A stretch of DNA of 64,000 nt from Anaerolineae bacterium (GTDB lineage: Bacteria; Chloroflexota; Anaerolineae; B4-G1), in the NCBI GenBank assembly GCA_046760785.1, contig JBHIET010000005.1:1165-65164 (forward strand), read 5' to 3'. Below are positions 46,881 through 56,654 of the stretch, piece by piece. The stretch's first letter is position 1; every line of letters begins with the position of its first letter. The notes below the pieces were generated by a model. That model was not told where the DNA came from and made no database searches. It saw nothing but the letters and a program-made list of their open reading frames with translations. Position numbers and translations under genes: made by a program.

Positions 46881-48593
46881 GTGACGGAACTCATTCGTGA
46901 CCGGGTCGCAGCATTAATTGTCGCGGGACTGCGGGCTGCACAGGAGGAGGGTGCGTTACCCTACTTCGAGGTGTCGGACATTGTAGTGGAGCACCCACGT
47001 CAGTCCGAGCACGGTGACTATGCTTCGCCTATCTGCCTGCAACTGGCGCGGGACTTCGCTGAGCTCAGTCGAGGCGAGGCGCGTATGCCGCCCCGTGAGA
47101 TTGCCGCACGGGTGGTCGAGCACCTTCCACCAGCCCCGTTTGTGGGCCAGGTCGAAGTGGCGGGACCTGGATATATCAACGTCACACTGGATGCCTCCTG
47201 GCTAGCTGCCCAGGTTGAGGCCATCCTGGGTGCTGGGGAGACCTTCGGCAACTTGGAGATCGGTCGCGGGCAGAAGGTTCAGGTTGAGTTTGTGAGCGCC
47301 AATCCCACCGGCCCCACTCACATCGGCGGTGTCCGCAACGCGGTCATTGGCGATACCTTGGCCAATGTGCTGGCGGCAGCGGGCTTCGAAGTCGAGCGAG
47401 AGTACTACGTCAACGACGCTGGTTCCCAGGTGCGCACGTTTGGGGAGAGCATCTACGCCCGCTATGCCCAGGCCCTGGGCCAGGACGAGCCGTTCCCGGA
47501 GAACGGTTACCATGGCCACTACGTCGTGGAGATAGGGCAGCAAATGGCCCGGCGATATGGCGATCGGTATCTCAACATGCCTCGCCGGGAGGCCGTGTGC
47601 GTGCTGGGGGATGAGGGTATAGCACGCGTCGTCAGTGAGGCGCAGCGGGACCTGGCGGCCCTGGGGGTAGAGTTCGACATTTGGTTCCACGAGAAGAGCC
47701 TGTACGAAAGCGGGCTGTTCGACCGTGTCCTTCAGATGCTCCAGGACAAAGGCTACATTACGGAGCGCGATGATGCGGTCTGGTTTACCTCCCCCGACCT
47801 GGATGCGGACGCGGTCATCATCCGCTCCCCCCAGGTCATACCGGAACCGGATGAGCGGCCTACCTATTTCGCTTCTGACATCGCTTACGTGTGGAACAAA
47901 CTGGTCAAACGCGGCTTCGACCGGGCGATCTACGTCTGGGGGGCCGACCACCACGGGGATGTGCCTCGAGTGAAGGCAGCGGCGTCGGCGTTGGGGCTTG
48001 ACCCCGAGCGGGTGGTGATCATCCTCTATCAGATGGTCAATCTCAAGCGAGGTAGCGAGGACGTGCGCATGTCGAAGCGTGCGGGAGAATTCATCACCTT
48101 GCGCGAATTGCTCGACGAGGTTGGCCCGGACCCGATTCGCTTCATGCTCCTCACGTGCACTGTGGATGCGACGATAGACTTTGATCTGGATCTGGCGGTT
48201 GAGCAATCGGAAAAGAACCCGGTATACTACGTTCAATACGCGCACGCCCGTATCGCCAGCATGCTGCGCTACGCCGTTGACCTGGGGTGGGATTTGGAGG
48301 CTCCGGGCGACGTTTCGCTGCTGACCCACGAGAGCGAGCTGGCGCTGATCCGCAAGATGCTGGAGTTGCCGGAGGTCATCGCACTGGCGGCGACGCAGTT
48401 GGCCCCGCACCACCTCACTCTCTACGCCAAGGACCTGGCTGCCGTTTTCCACGCTTTCTACCGGGACTGTCGCGTCGTCGTGCCGGAGGAGCCAGAGCAA
48501 ACCCGGGCACGGCTGATGCTGACGCGGGCGGCCCGACTGGCACTGGCGCGGGCGCTGGGATTGCTAGGGGTGAACGCACCGGAGCGGATGTGA
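46881..48593 (+). CDS. argS: Arginine--tRNA ligase
   Basis: HIGG motif ([12 protein letters not shown]), MSKR motif, 570 aa, GTG start. Confidence 0.9.
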   Translation: MTELIRDRVAALIVAGLRAAQEEGALPYFEVSDIVVEHPRQSEHGDYASPICLQLARDFAELSRGEARMPPREIAARVVEHLPPAPFVGQVEVAGPGYINVTLDASWLAAQVEAILGAGETFGNLEIGRGQKVQVEFVSANPTGPTHIGGVRNAVIGDTLANVLAAAGFEVEREYYVNDAGSQVRTFGESIYARYAQALGQDEPFPENGYHGHYVVEIGQQMARRYGDRYLNMPRREAVCVLGDEGIARVVSEAQRDLAALGVEFDIWFHEKSLYESGLFDRVLQMLQDKGYITERDDAVWFTSPDLDADAVIIRSPQVIPEPDERPTYFASDIAYVWNKLVKRGFDRAIYVWGADHHGDVPRVKAAASALGLDPERVVIILYQMVNLKRGSEDVRMSKRAGEFITLRELLDEVGPDPIRFMLLTCTVDATIDFDLDLAVEQSEKNPVYYVQYAHARIASMLRYAVDLGWDLEAPGDVSLLTHESELALIRKMLELPEVIALAATQLAPHHLTLYAKDLAAVFHAFYRDCRVVVPEEPEQTRARLMLTRAARLALARALGLLGVNAPERM

Positions 48594-48639
48594 ACCGGAT
48601 GCTGGTTGTCGGATGCTCTCGCAGGAGGTGGCGCGGCCG

Positions 48640-49515
48640 ATGGGATTGAAGCCTGATCATTGGATTCGCAGAATGGCGCTGGAGCAACGGATGATTGAGC
48701 CGTTCGTGGATGGGCAGGTACGCGACGGCGTCATATCTTACGGGCTTTCGTCTTATGGCTACGACATCCGCGTGGCCGACGAGTTCAAGATTTTTCAACC
48801 GGAGATCACGGCGGCCAAGCTCTCCGACGTGCAGTGCGCCTACGTCGCAGGGATGCTGGATGCACAGGGGCAGATTGGCTATGCTACCTCGGAGCCGCAG
48901 GGACGGCCAGGTCTGGCACTCGTCATCGCCAGCGACGACCGCCAGATGTTGGAGGGACTGCAGGCGATACTGGGCACAGGAGCGCTGCGGGAGTCGCATA
49001 ATGGGTGTAGCGGGTTGATCGTGAGCAAAGCGGCTGATGTGCAGTACATCCTCTCACAAGTGTGGCCGTACCTGACACACCGCCGTGACGTGGCTTCCCG
49101 CGCATTGGCCGAGTTGAAGTCAAGTAAGTCCATCGTCGTGGACCCTAAAGATTTTGACGCCGCTTCCTTCGTTGACTTCAAGGGAGAGGTGTGCATTATC
49201 CCGCCCAACTCGTTTGCGCTGAGCCGCACAGTAGAGTACTTCCGCATTCCGCGCAGTGTGTTAACAGTTTGCCTGGGCAAAAGTTCATACGCTCGTTGCG
49301 GCATCATCGTCAACGTGACGCCCTTCGAGCCGTCTTGGGAAGGGTACGTGACCCTTGAAATCAGCAACACCACCCCACTGCCAGCCAAGATTTATGCCAA
49401 TGAGGGTATCGCCCAAGTTCTCTTCTTCGAGGCAGACGAGGAGTGCGAGGTCTCCTACGCCGATAAGAAAGGTAAGTACCAAGGCCAGCAATCCATTGTT
49501 CTGCCCCGGCTGTGA
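48640..49515 (+). CDS. dcd: dCTP deaminase carrying an in-frame ~105-aa insertion
   Basis: [37 protein letters not shown] // [58 protein letters not shown]. An RBS (aggagg) precedes the ATG at 48640. Confidence 0.9.
   Translation: MGLKPDHWIRRMALEQRMIEPFVDGQVRDGVISYGLSSYGYDIRVADEFKIFQPEITAAKLSDVQCAYVAGMLDAQGQIGYATSEPQGRPGLALVIASDDRQMLEGLQAILGTGALRESHNGCSGLIVSKAADVQYILSQVWPYLTHRRDVASRALAELKSSKSIVVDPKDFDAASFVDFKGEVCIIPPNSFALSRTVEYFRIPRSVLTVCLGKSSYARCGIIVNVTPFEPSWEGYVTLEISNTTPLPAKIYANEGIAQVLFFEADEECEVSYADKKGKYQGQQSIVLPRL
48808..49125 (+). mobile_element. LAGLIDADG homing-endonuclease-like domain inserted in frame in dcd (no intein blocks)
   Basis: [15 protein letters not shown]...[27 protein letters not shown]...[32 protein letters not shown] parallels the I-CreI fold order. 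Confidence 0.6.
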
Positions 49516-49517
49516 CG

Positions 49518-49546
49518 TTGACGAGCCAGAGAATCCCGATTATAAT
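49518..49546 (+). promoter_or_regulatory. Sigma70 promoter TTGACG-17-TATAAT for tRNA-Val
   Basis: The -10 ends 8 nt before the mature tRNA 5' end. Confidence 0.55.
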
Positions 49547-49554
49547 TGGCCTAT

Positions 49555-49628
49555 GGGCGGTTAGCTCAGTTGGTCAGAGCGCCTCCCTTACAAGGAGGAG
49601 GTCACAGGTTCGAGTCCCGTACCGCCCA
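49555..49628 (+). tRNA. tRNA-Val (anticodon TAC)
   Basis: Acceptor stem GGGCGGT/ACCGCCC, D-arm tagctcagttggtcagagc, anticodon stem-loop cctcc-cttacaa-ggagg, and T-arm caggttcgagtcccg. CCA is not encoded. Confidence 0.9.
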
Positions 49629-49634
49629 TTGCAG

Positions 49635-49663
49635 GTGCCGGGTGCTTCTGAAGCACCCGGCAC
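49635..49663 (+). terminator. Perfect 13-bp hairpin downstream of tRNA-Val
   Basis: gtgccgggtgctt-ctg-aagcacccggcac, followed only by tt. Confidence 0.5.
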
Positions 49664-49786
49664 TTGGACGAAGTTCGGGCGCTAGCCCTATGCACTCAGG
49701 GATTCACGGCTCCAGCCAGTGCTGGGCCGGCGCCTACGCCTGATGCCGTCCGAGCGCGTTGAATCATTCACGTTTGGTTAGCCTGG

Positions 49787-49815
49787 TTTGCCCTGGCGAA
49801 GCTCGTGGGTATAAT
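49787..49815 (+). promoter_or_regulatory. Candidate promoter TTTGCC-17-TATAAT for the MNT/HEPN pair
   Basis: -35 at 49787-49792 and -10 at 49810-49815. Confidence 0.4.
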
Positions 49816-49890
49816 ATGTGTTAAGAGGGCGGCAGCGGGGGGCTGCGATCTCCTTTGAGCAGAGTCTGGGTCGTCAACTTGGGAGAGATC

Positions 49891-50247
49891 ATGATAGATG
49901 TTCGTGGGTTGTTGGCAGAGAGGGCGGAGCATCGTGCCCTGCTGACGGAGGAGGCGGAGCGCATCGCGATCCAGTTGCGGGAACTGGGAGCACGTAAGGT
50001 TGTTCTCTTCGGCTCCGCCGCCCGCGGAGAGGCCAACGTCCACAGCGACCTGGACTTCGTCGTTGTGATGCCGGGCGAGCAAGGCTTTGCTTACTGGTCT
50101 CGCCGGTTGTACGGCGAAATTGATCGGCGGGTGGCAGTGGATTTCCTGCCTTACAACGAGCGGGAGTTTGCCGAGGCTCAGCGTCACAGCCGCCTGGTCC
50201 GCCACGCCCTGCGCACGGGGAAGGTTCTCTATGAGAAACCCAGTTGA
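49891..50247 (+). CDS. Nucleotidyltransferase (MNT) domain protein, antitoxin-like
   Basis: VVLFGSAARGEANVHSDLDFVVVM. Confidence 0.75.
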   Translation: MIDVRGLLAERAEHRALLTEEAERIAIQLRELGARKVVLFGSAARGEANVHSDLDFVVVMPGEQGFAYWSRRLYGEIDRRVAVDFLPYNEREFAEAQRHSRLVRHALRTGKVLYEKPS

Positions 50248-50584
50248 TGAAGCGCACCGCTGGCTGATCCATGCTCAGGACGAATATCAAGATGCTGAAG
50301 ACCTGAGAGAGCGCGGTCGTTTCTACCTGGCTCTCTTTCACTTTCAACAGGCGGCCGAGAAGGCATTGAAAGCCTTTCTTTACGCCCATACCGACGACCG
50401 CCGCGTCTTTTTCACCCATTCCGTTCTAGAGTTGGTTCAGGCTGCCGCTGCTCTTGACTCCACCTTGGCTGATCTGGGGAAGGCTAGTCGCCTGGATCAG
50501 TACTATATCCTTACCCGCTACCCAAACGGTCTCCCAGGGGGAGTGCCGTCCCGTTTCTATACCGATCCTGAGGAGGCTGCCTAG
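50231..50584 (+). CDS. HEPN domain protein, toxin-like
   Basis: MRNPVDEAHRWLIHAQDEY...AAEKALKAFL...RVFFTHS (Rx4H). It overlaps the MNT gene by 17 nt. Confidence 0.75.
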   Translation: MRNPVDEAHRWLIHAQDEYQDAEDLRERGRFYLALFHFQQAAEKALKAFLYAHTDDRRVFFTHSVLELVQAAAALDSTLADLGKASRLDQYYILTRYPNGLPGGVPSRFYTDPEEAA

Positions 50585-50679
50585 GCATCGGGCCTGGCCC
50601 GTCAGGTCATCCAGGTCGTGGCTCGGCGGCTAGGTGAGCAAGGATAATCGTCATATCCACGAATAAGGAGGTAGCAGCG

Positions 50680-51069
50680 ATGAGACTGGATCCTGAAGCA
50701 CGTTATGCCGAGACCCACGAATGGGCCCGCCGAGACGGGGACGAGGTCATCTGTGGCATCACCGATCATGCCCAGGAATCCCTCTCCGATGTGGTGTACG
50801 TGGAACTGCCGGAGGTGGGGGATGCCTTTGAGCAAGGAGAGACCTTCGGCGTCGTCGAGTCGGTGAAGGCCGCCTCTGATCTCTATATGCCGATGGGTGG
50901 GGAGATCACCGCCGTCAACGAGGTCTTGGAGGATACGCCAGAATTGGTCAACCAGGACCCCTACGGCGAGGGCTGGATGATTCACTTCGCCCCATCCGAT
51001 CCCTCTGAGTTTGATGACCTGATGGACGGCGATGCCTACGAGGCGTTCGTCGCAGAGGAAGAAGGGTAA
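50680..51069 (+). CDS. gcvH: Glycine cleavage system H protein
   Basis: The lipoyl-lysine motif VESVKAASD is present, and the protein is 129 aa. Confidence 0.9.
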   Translation: MRLDPEARYAETHEWARRDGDEVICGITDHAQESLSDVVYVELPEVGDAFEQGETFGVVESVKAASDLYMPMGGEITAVNEVLEDTPELVNQDPYGEGWMIHFAPSDPSEFDDLMDGDAYEAFVAEEEG

Positions 51070-51150
51070 TTCGTGGAACGTGAGACGGTAAAACGTGGGA
51101 CTGCTCTGTCACGTTTCACGCATCACGCTTCACATCTCAGGAGGTGATCT

Positions 51151-52485
51151 ATGCCCTATATCCCTCACAAAGATGCTGACCGGAAAGCGATGCTCGCTGC
51201 TATCGGCGTACGGTCCATCGAGGAATTGTTCGAGGACGTGCCACAGCAGGCCCGCTTCCCGGAACTAGATCTGCCGTCCGCCCTCTCGGAAATGGAGGCC
51301 CGCTGGGAACTGGAGATGCTGGCCGAGGCCAACCTCACCACCGCCGACGGGCCCTGCTTCCTGGGGGCCGGGGCCTATCGTCACTTTGTCCCCGCTGTGG
51401 TGGACGCTTTCCTGCGCCGGGGGGAGTTCTACACCGCCTACACCCCCTATCAGCCGGAGATCAGCCAGGGCACGCTGCAGGCCATCTTCGAGTACCAGAC
51501 GATGATCTGCAGCCTCACTGGCATGGAGGTTTCCAACGCCTCTCACTACGATGGCGCTACTGCTACCGCTGAGGCGGTCATCACTGCCATCAACGTCCAC
51601 CGCCTGAAGCGGCACAAGGTGATCGTCTCCCCTTGGGTCCACCCTGAGTACCGGGCCGTGGTGCGCACCTACACCCAGGGAATGGGGTTGACGGTGGTGG
51701 AGAACAGCGGACCAGCAGGATTAGCAGATTTTCTTGATGGCGACACAGCCTGCGTCATTGTCCAGTATCCCGACTTTCTGGGCCGCATCGAGGATTTGAG
51801 CGACCTGGTTGAGGCGGCGCACGCGGTCGGCGCGCTCGTGGTCGTCGTGGCCGACCCCATTGCCCTGGGGCTGCTGAAGCCCCCCGGCGAGTTCGGGGCG
51901 GACATCGTGGTGGGGGAGGGGCAGGGGATGGGCGCCGGACTCAACTTCGGTGGGCCATACCTGGGCTTCTTCGCCACCCGGATGAAGTACGTGCGCAAGA
52001 TGGCCGGCCGGCTGGTGGGCCAGACGGTGGACACCGAGGGAAACAGGGGTTTCGTTCTCACCCTCTCCACCCGCGAGCAGCACATTCGCCGGGAGCGGGC
52101 CAGCTCCAATATCTGCACCAACCAGGGGCTGGTGGCGCTGGCGGCGGCGATCTACATGGCCGCCCTGGGTCGCTGTGGGATGCGTCGGGTGGCGGAGTTG
52201 TGTTACCACAAAGCTCACTACGCGCAAGAGCGGATTACGGAAATCAACGGATTCTCTGCGCTTGACGACAAGCCGTTCTTCAAGGAGTTCGCTGTGCGCT
52301 GTCCACGCCCCGTGGCTGAGATCAACGACTATCTGCTGGACGAGTGGGGCATCATCGGCGGCTACGATTTAGGGAGAGACTATCCCCATCTGAAGGATCA
52401 CGTGCTCCTGTGCGTGACGGAGATGAATCCGCGGGAGGAGATTGACGCGCTGGTTGAGGCGCTGGGGAAGGCGCCTTCAGGCTGA
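51151..52485 (+). CDS. gcvPA: Glycine dehydrogenase (decarboxylating) subunit 1
   Basis: MPYIPHKDADRKAMLAAIGV...YTPYQPEISQGTLQAIFEYQT. Confidence 0.9.
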   Translation: MPYIPHKDADRKAMLAAIGVRSIEELFEDVPQQARFPELDLPSALSEMEARWELEMLAEANLTTADGPCFLGAGAYRHFVPAVVDAFLRRGEFYTAYTPYQPEISQGTLQAIFEYQTMICSLTGMEVSNASHYDGATATAEAVITAINVHRLKRHKVIVSPWVHPEYRAVVRTYTQGMGLTVVENSGPAGLADFLDGDTACVIVQYPDFLGRIEDLSDLVEAAHAVGALVVVVADPIALGLLKPPGEFGADIVVGEGQGMGAGLNFGGPYLGFFATRMKYVRKMAGRLVGQTVDTEGNRGFVLTLSTREQHIRRERASSNICTNQGLVALAAAIYMAALGRCGMRRVAELCYHKAHYAQERITEINGFSALDDKPFFKEFAVRCPRPVAEINDYLLDEWGIIGGYDLGRDYPHLKDHVLLCVTEMNPREEIDALVEALGKAPSG

Positions 52486-52593
52486 ACAAGGAGGTGATGT
52501 TGCCGGGGAAGATGATACGCAGTCACAAGGAGAGGGAGGAGCCGGGCAAGCAGCCGTCAGTGTGCCAAGAATCAAAGAAACAGGAGGATATGC

Positions 52594-53884
52594 AATGTAC
52601 AAGAGAGAGTATGTAACCAGTAAATGCGTGTTGGCTCTTGCCCTGGCCGCACTGGCACTGGTTGGGGCCCTGGTGCTGATAGCGGCGATGAGAGGAACGC
52701 AGTCTATGGCCTACGCGGAACCACTGCGTACCGTCTCCGACGCGCCGGTTATGAGTATCCCACAGTGTATATCTCCCACGGGGGTGAGTATCGCCTCTGA
52801 TAGTCCTGTTCCTTGTGGAGTGCCGATGCACTTCACTGCCACCGTCACTCCCTCCAACGTGACCTCGCCCACCTACGCCTGGGACTTTGGCGGGGCGGGG
52901 AGCGGCAGTGGGACGGACACCGCCACTCCGATCTACATCTACGCGGCACAGGGCAACTACACTGTCGCCGTCACCGTCACCGGCGACTGTGGCGACCCCG
53001 TGGCCGCCACCCTTCCTGTCACTGTTGAGAAGGCGTACGTCTATCTTCCCTTGGCGGCTCGGAACTATGGCCCCGGGCGCTACGCTGTAGTTGTCGGCAT
53101 AGCCGATTATCCCGGCTCAGCCAACGACCTGAACTACACAGACGATGACGCCGAGGACTTTCGCCAGATGCTCCTGGATCGAGGCGACTTTACGGCGGAC
53201 AACATCAACTTGCTACTGGATAGCCAGGCCACTGAGTCCAATATTTACAATGCCATTACTGATTGGTTGGATGCCCGCGAAGATGCTAACGACTTGGTCA
53301 TATTCTTCTTCAGCGGCCACGGGGGGCAAATGCTGGACTATGGCGGGGACGAGAGCGATGGCTATGACGAGTACCTCTTCCCCTACGGTTACAGCGCCAC
53401 TATTACAGATGACGAATTGGATATATGGCTGGACACGCTGGAGTCAGACCAGGTAGTCGTGCTGGTGGATGCCTGCTACAGCGGGGGGCTCATCGGTGCA
53501 ACGCCGTTAGAGGCATCGTTGGAGGGCGCTCGCTGCAAATGCCTGCCACCGCTGGGTGGTGTGGGGGGTAGCGTGATGGTGGGAGATGGCTTTGCCAAAG
53601 ATGTAAACCAGAGCGGGCGCTTGGTGCTAACCGCCAGCCAGGAGGATCAAGTGAGCTGGGAGTTCGGCACCCCCATCGAGCACGGTGCTTTCGCTTACTA
53701 TCTGCTGGAGGCGTTGGCAGCAGCCTCTGCCGACAACAACAGCAACAGTTGGATCTCTGGCGAGGAGGCCTATGACCACCTGGACGGGCGCGTGGACTCC
53801 CTGGTATTCAGTGTGGTCGGACAGCACCAGAACCCACAAGAGAGCGATGGCATTGACGGAGAGGTGGATTTGACGCGACCGTAA
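52594..53884 (+). CDS. Membrane-anchored PKD domain / peptidase C14 (caspase-like) protein
   Basis: N-terminal TM segment, a PKD-like block (FTATVTPSNVTSPTYAWDFGG...GNYTVAVTVTG), and the caspase His/Cys dyad motifs FFFSGHGG and LVDACYSGG. An RBS (aggagg) lies 7 nt upstream. Confidence 0.75.
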
Positions 53885-53954
53885 GTTTCGATAGACGGCG
53901 CAGTGCCCGCGAGTGGAATGTGTTGTCGCTGGAATTCAAACTGGAGGAACAACC

Positions 53955-55442
53955 GTGACAGAGCCTATCATCTATGAAATCTCCCGTCCCGGCCGCTGCG
54001 CCGCCGCGCTGCCGGACCCGGACGTGCCGCCTGCCGACCTGCCCGAGGGGTTGGTGCGGGACGATCTTCCCCTGCCAGAGATGAGCGAGCCAGACCTGGT
54101 GCGCCACTACACCCACCTTTCTCAAATGAACTACGGGGTGGACACCGGCTTCTACCCGCTCGGCTCCTGCACGATGAAGTACAACCCCAAGATCAACGAG
54201 GAGACGGCCCGCCTGCCGGGCTTTGCCCACCTCCACCCATACCAGGACGAGGAGACGGTCCAGGGGGCGCTCTTTCTGATGTATCAACTGCAGGAGTTCC
54301 TCAAGGAGATCGGTGGGTTCGCGGCGGTCAGTTTGCAGCCGGCGGCAGGCGCCCACGGGGAGTTGACCGGCGTGTTGATCATGCGGGCCTACCATCTGGA
54401 CCGGGGGGACGAGCAGCGAGACGTGATCCTGGTCCCGGATTCGGCCCACGGCACCAACCCGGCGAGCACGACGATGAGCGGCCTGCACGTGGTGGAGGTC
54501 CCCTCCGACGCACGGGGTAACGTAGACCTGACGGTGCTGAAGAAAGCCTGTGAGGAACACGGCGATCGCCTGGCTGGCATGATGCTGACCAATCCCAATA
54601 CCTTGGGGCTGTTTGACGAGCACATCGAGAAAATCGTCGAGTTAGTGCATGGCTGCGGCGGACTTCTCTTCGGCGATGGCGCGAATATGAACGCGCTGTT
54701 GGGCACATGCCGGCCAGGCGATCTGGGCTTCGACGTGATGATGTTCAACCTGCACAAGACCTTCAGCACGCCCCATGGCGGCGGCGGGCCAGGCGGAGGA
54801 GCAGTGGCTGTGGCGGAGCACCTGGTTGATTTCCTGCCCAATCCCATCGTGGCCGTGGACCCTGAGCGGTGTCCTGAGCTTGTCGAAGGACAGTCGGACG
54901 GCGAGGTGGCGTTCTACACGTTCGTGGATCCGCCCAAGTCCATCGGTCGGGTGAAGGCCTTCTACGGTCACTTCGGTGTGATGGTGCGGGCTTACACCTA
55001 CATCCGAATGCTGGGGCCGGATGGCCTGCGCAGGGTGGCGGAGTACGCGGTGCTCAACGCCAATTACCTGATGAGCCGGATCAGGGATGCCTATAAGGTT
55101 CCCTACGACCGCACCTGCATGCACGAGTTCGTCTGCGAAGGTCGCTTCCCTGATGCCCCCCACGTGCACGCGCTGGACATCTCCAAGCGGCTGATGGACT
55201 ACGGATTCCACCCGCCCACCAACTACTTCCCTCTCATCGTCCACGAGGCGCTGATGATCGAGCCGACGGAGACCGAGAGCCTTGAGACGCTGGATGCGTT
55301 CATCGCGGCCCTGTTGCGCATCGCCGAGGAGGCCCGCACGGATTCCGACCAGCTTCACAAAGCGCCCCACACCGCTCCTATGCACCGACTGGACGAAGTG
55401 CGGGCGGCCAAGCAGTTGATCCTGCGCTGGAAGCCGAAGTAG
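53955..55442 (+). CDS. gcvPB: Glycine dehydrogenase (decarboxylating) subunit 2
   Basis: [14 protein letters not shown], the PLP lysine in [16 protein letters not shown], and a GTG start after ggagg. Confidence 0.9.
   Translation: MTEPIIYEISRPGRCAAALPDPDVPPADLPEGLVRDDLPLPEMSEPDLVRHYTHLSQMNYGVDTGFYPLGSCTMKYNPKINEETARLPGFAHLHPYQDEETVQGALFLMYQLQEFLKEIGGFAAVSLQPAAGAHGELTGVLIMRAYHLDRGDEQRDVILVPDSAHGTNPASTTMSGLHVVEVPSDARGNVDLTVLKKACEEHGDRLAGMMLTNPNTLGLFDEHIEKIVELVHGCGGLLFGDGANMNALLGTCRPGDLGFDVMMFNLHKTFSTPHGGGGPGGGAVAVAEHLVDFLPNPIVAVDPERCPELVEGQSDGEVAFYTFVDPPKSIGRVKAFYGHFGVMVRAYTYIRMLGPDGLRRVAEYAVLNANYLMSRIRDAYKVPYDRTCMHEFVCEGRFPDAPHVHALDISKRLMDYGFHPPTNYFPLIVHEALMIEPTETESLETLDAFIAALLRIAEEARTDSDQLHKAPHTAPMHRLDEVRAAKQLILRWKPK
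54861..54891. repeat. Palindromic element copy in frame inside gcvPB
   Basis: cctgagcggtgtcctgagcttgtcgaaggac encodes ..[11 protein letters not shown]... Confidence 0.55.
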
Positions 55443-55530
55443 TGTCGTAGGTGCGACGCACTTCGGAAGTACGTTGCGCCTGAGTGTCTATGAATGACAG
55501 AACTTACGCAGTCTCAGGGCCAAAACGCCG

Positions 55531-55633
55531 CTTGAGTAGGCCGCAGGCCGTATCGAAAGCAAGTTTTGGCAGCGTCAGTGCAGTTCTTGGTCTCGATACG
55601 CTTCGCTACTCGACCTGAAGGGCCTACTCGACC
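55531..55633. repeat. Intergenic composite palindromic repeat related to 25643-25724
   Basis: cttgagtaggccgcaggccgtatcgaaag ... ctcgatacgcttcgctactcga ... gggcctactcgacc. Confidence 0.5.
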
Positions 55634-55656
55634 GGCGAACTACGTAACTACTGCGA

Positions 55657-56109
55657 ATGAAGATCTACTTCGCTGGCTCTATCCGTGGGGGGCGTGACGA
55701 CGCGGCGTTATACCGTCGCATCATCGCGTTGCTGGCGGAATACGGGGATGTACTCACCGAGCACGTCGGTGACGCGGGGCTGACCCGCGCCGGTGAGGAT
55801 GGGCCTTCTGATCGAGCTATCTACGAGCGGGACATGGCGTGGCTGGCGGAAGCCGATGCCGTAGTCGCTGAAGTCACCGTCCCCAGCCACGGCGTGGGGT
55901 ATGAGATCGTCCGGGCCGAACTGCTGGGCAAGCCGGTGCTGTGCCTCCACCGCCGGTCTGCGGGGCGACGGCTTTCGGCTATGCTGGCCGGCAACCCCGC
56001 GCTGCGGTGTGAGACTTACGACAGCGTGGAGGAACTCAGGCCCATCCTAGAGCAGTTCCTTCTGAACGATACTGCCGTGGCGGTAGATAATCCCAACGAC
56101 CACCCGTAA
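55657..56109 (+). CDS. Nucleoside 2-deoxyribosyltransferase-like / DNPH1 (Rcl) family protein
   Basis: MKIYFAGSIRGGRDD...AEVTVPSHGVGYEI. Confidence 0.7.
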   Translation: MKIYFAGSIRGGRDDAALYRRIIALLAEYGDVLTEHVGDAGLTRAGEDGPSDRAIYERDMAWLAEADAVVAEVTVPSHGVGYEIVRAELLGKPVLCLHRRSAGRRLSAMLAGNPALRCETYDSVEELRPILEQFLLNDTAVAVDNPNDHP

Positions 56110-56151
56110 TCTACCCCCTCACCTGTGTGCGCCATGCATATCACTGCGCAT

Positions 56152-56180
56152 TTGACACGGTGCGTCTCTCATCCTATAAT
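56152..56180 (+). promoter_or_regulatory. Perfect consensus sigma70 promoter TTGACA-17-TATAAT
   Basis: tTTGACAcggtgcgtctctcatccTATAATgg lies upstream of the DUF433 gene. Confidence 0.6.
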
Positions 56181-56219
56181 GGTCCCTACAAGACCTGAGA
56201 GATATGCTGGAGGTATTCG

Positions 56220-56654
56220 ATGGCTATGCCCGTCGTGACCCTGACTGTATCGCAGCGGACGTATGAGTTGCTGGCACAGCGTGCCCGTGCAGCGCAGCGT
56301 GAGCCGGACGAGTTGGCCGACGAGTTACTCCGTGCCCACGTGCAACTCACCGACCACCCTTACGTCGTGCGGCGTGACGGATTCCGGGGCGAGCGTCCCA
56401 TCCTGCGTGGCAGCAATATCCCCGTCTGGATTATTGCCGCTATGTGGAAAGCCGGGGATAGTTTGGAAGAGATAGGGCAGGCCTATCCACATCTCGAACC
56501 GGCGGCCATCTTCGATGCCTTAAGCTATTACCTCGATCATCAACAAGAGATCGAAGCAGAGATCGCGGAGAACCGCATTGAGCGCGTGCTCACTGATACA
56601 GGGGCGATGATGGACGAACACGGTGTGATTCGTTTCCCCGAGTCCTATGCCTGA
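56220..56654 (+). CDS. DUF433 domain protein (antitoxin-like)
   Basis: RPILRGSNIPVWIIAAMWKAGDSLEEIGQAYPHLEPAAIFDALSYY. Confidence 0.7.
   Translation: MAMPVVTLTVSQRTYELLAQRARAAQREPDELADELLRAHVQLTDHPYVVRRDGFRGERPILRGSNIPVWIIAAMWKAGDSLEEIGQAYPHLEPAAIFDALSYYLDHQQEIEAEIAENRIERVLTDTGAMMDEHGVIRFPESYA

Noticed and set aside
48808-49125. Interpretation of the dcd insert as a classical intein or as a group I intron ORF.
   Set aside because: There is no Hint block A/B after a junction Cys/Ser, no C-terminal HN plus nucleophile, and the insert (~105 aa) is too short for a splicing domain plus an endonuclease. The frame is continuous with the exteins, which argues against an intron. The observation is retained as a finding under the narrower description.
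50585-50679. A glycine riboswitch upstream of gcvH, and a T-box upstream of argS (46877-46880).
   Set aside because: The gcvH leader lacks the conserved glycine-aptamer cores (no tandem GGAGAG...CACCG elements). argS starts 4 nt after add, which leaves no room for a leader.
51070-51150. An imperfect hairpin with repeated CACG/ACGTG motifs between gcvH and gcvPA, considered as a possible regulatory RNA.
   Set aside because: The stem is short and bulged, no recognisable riboswitch core is present, and I cannot assess conservation from a single sequence.
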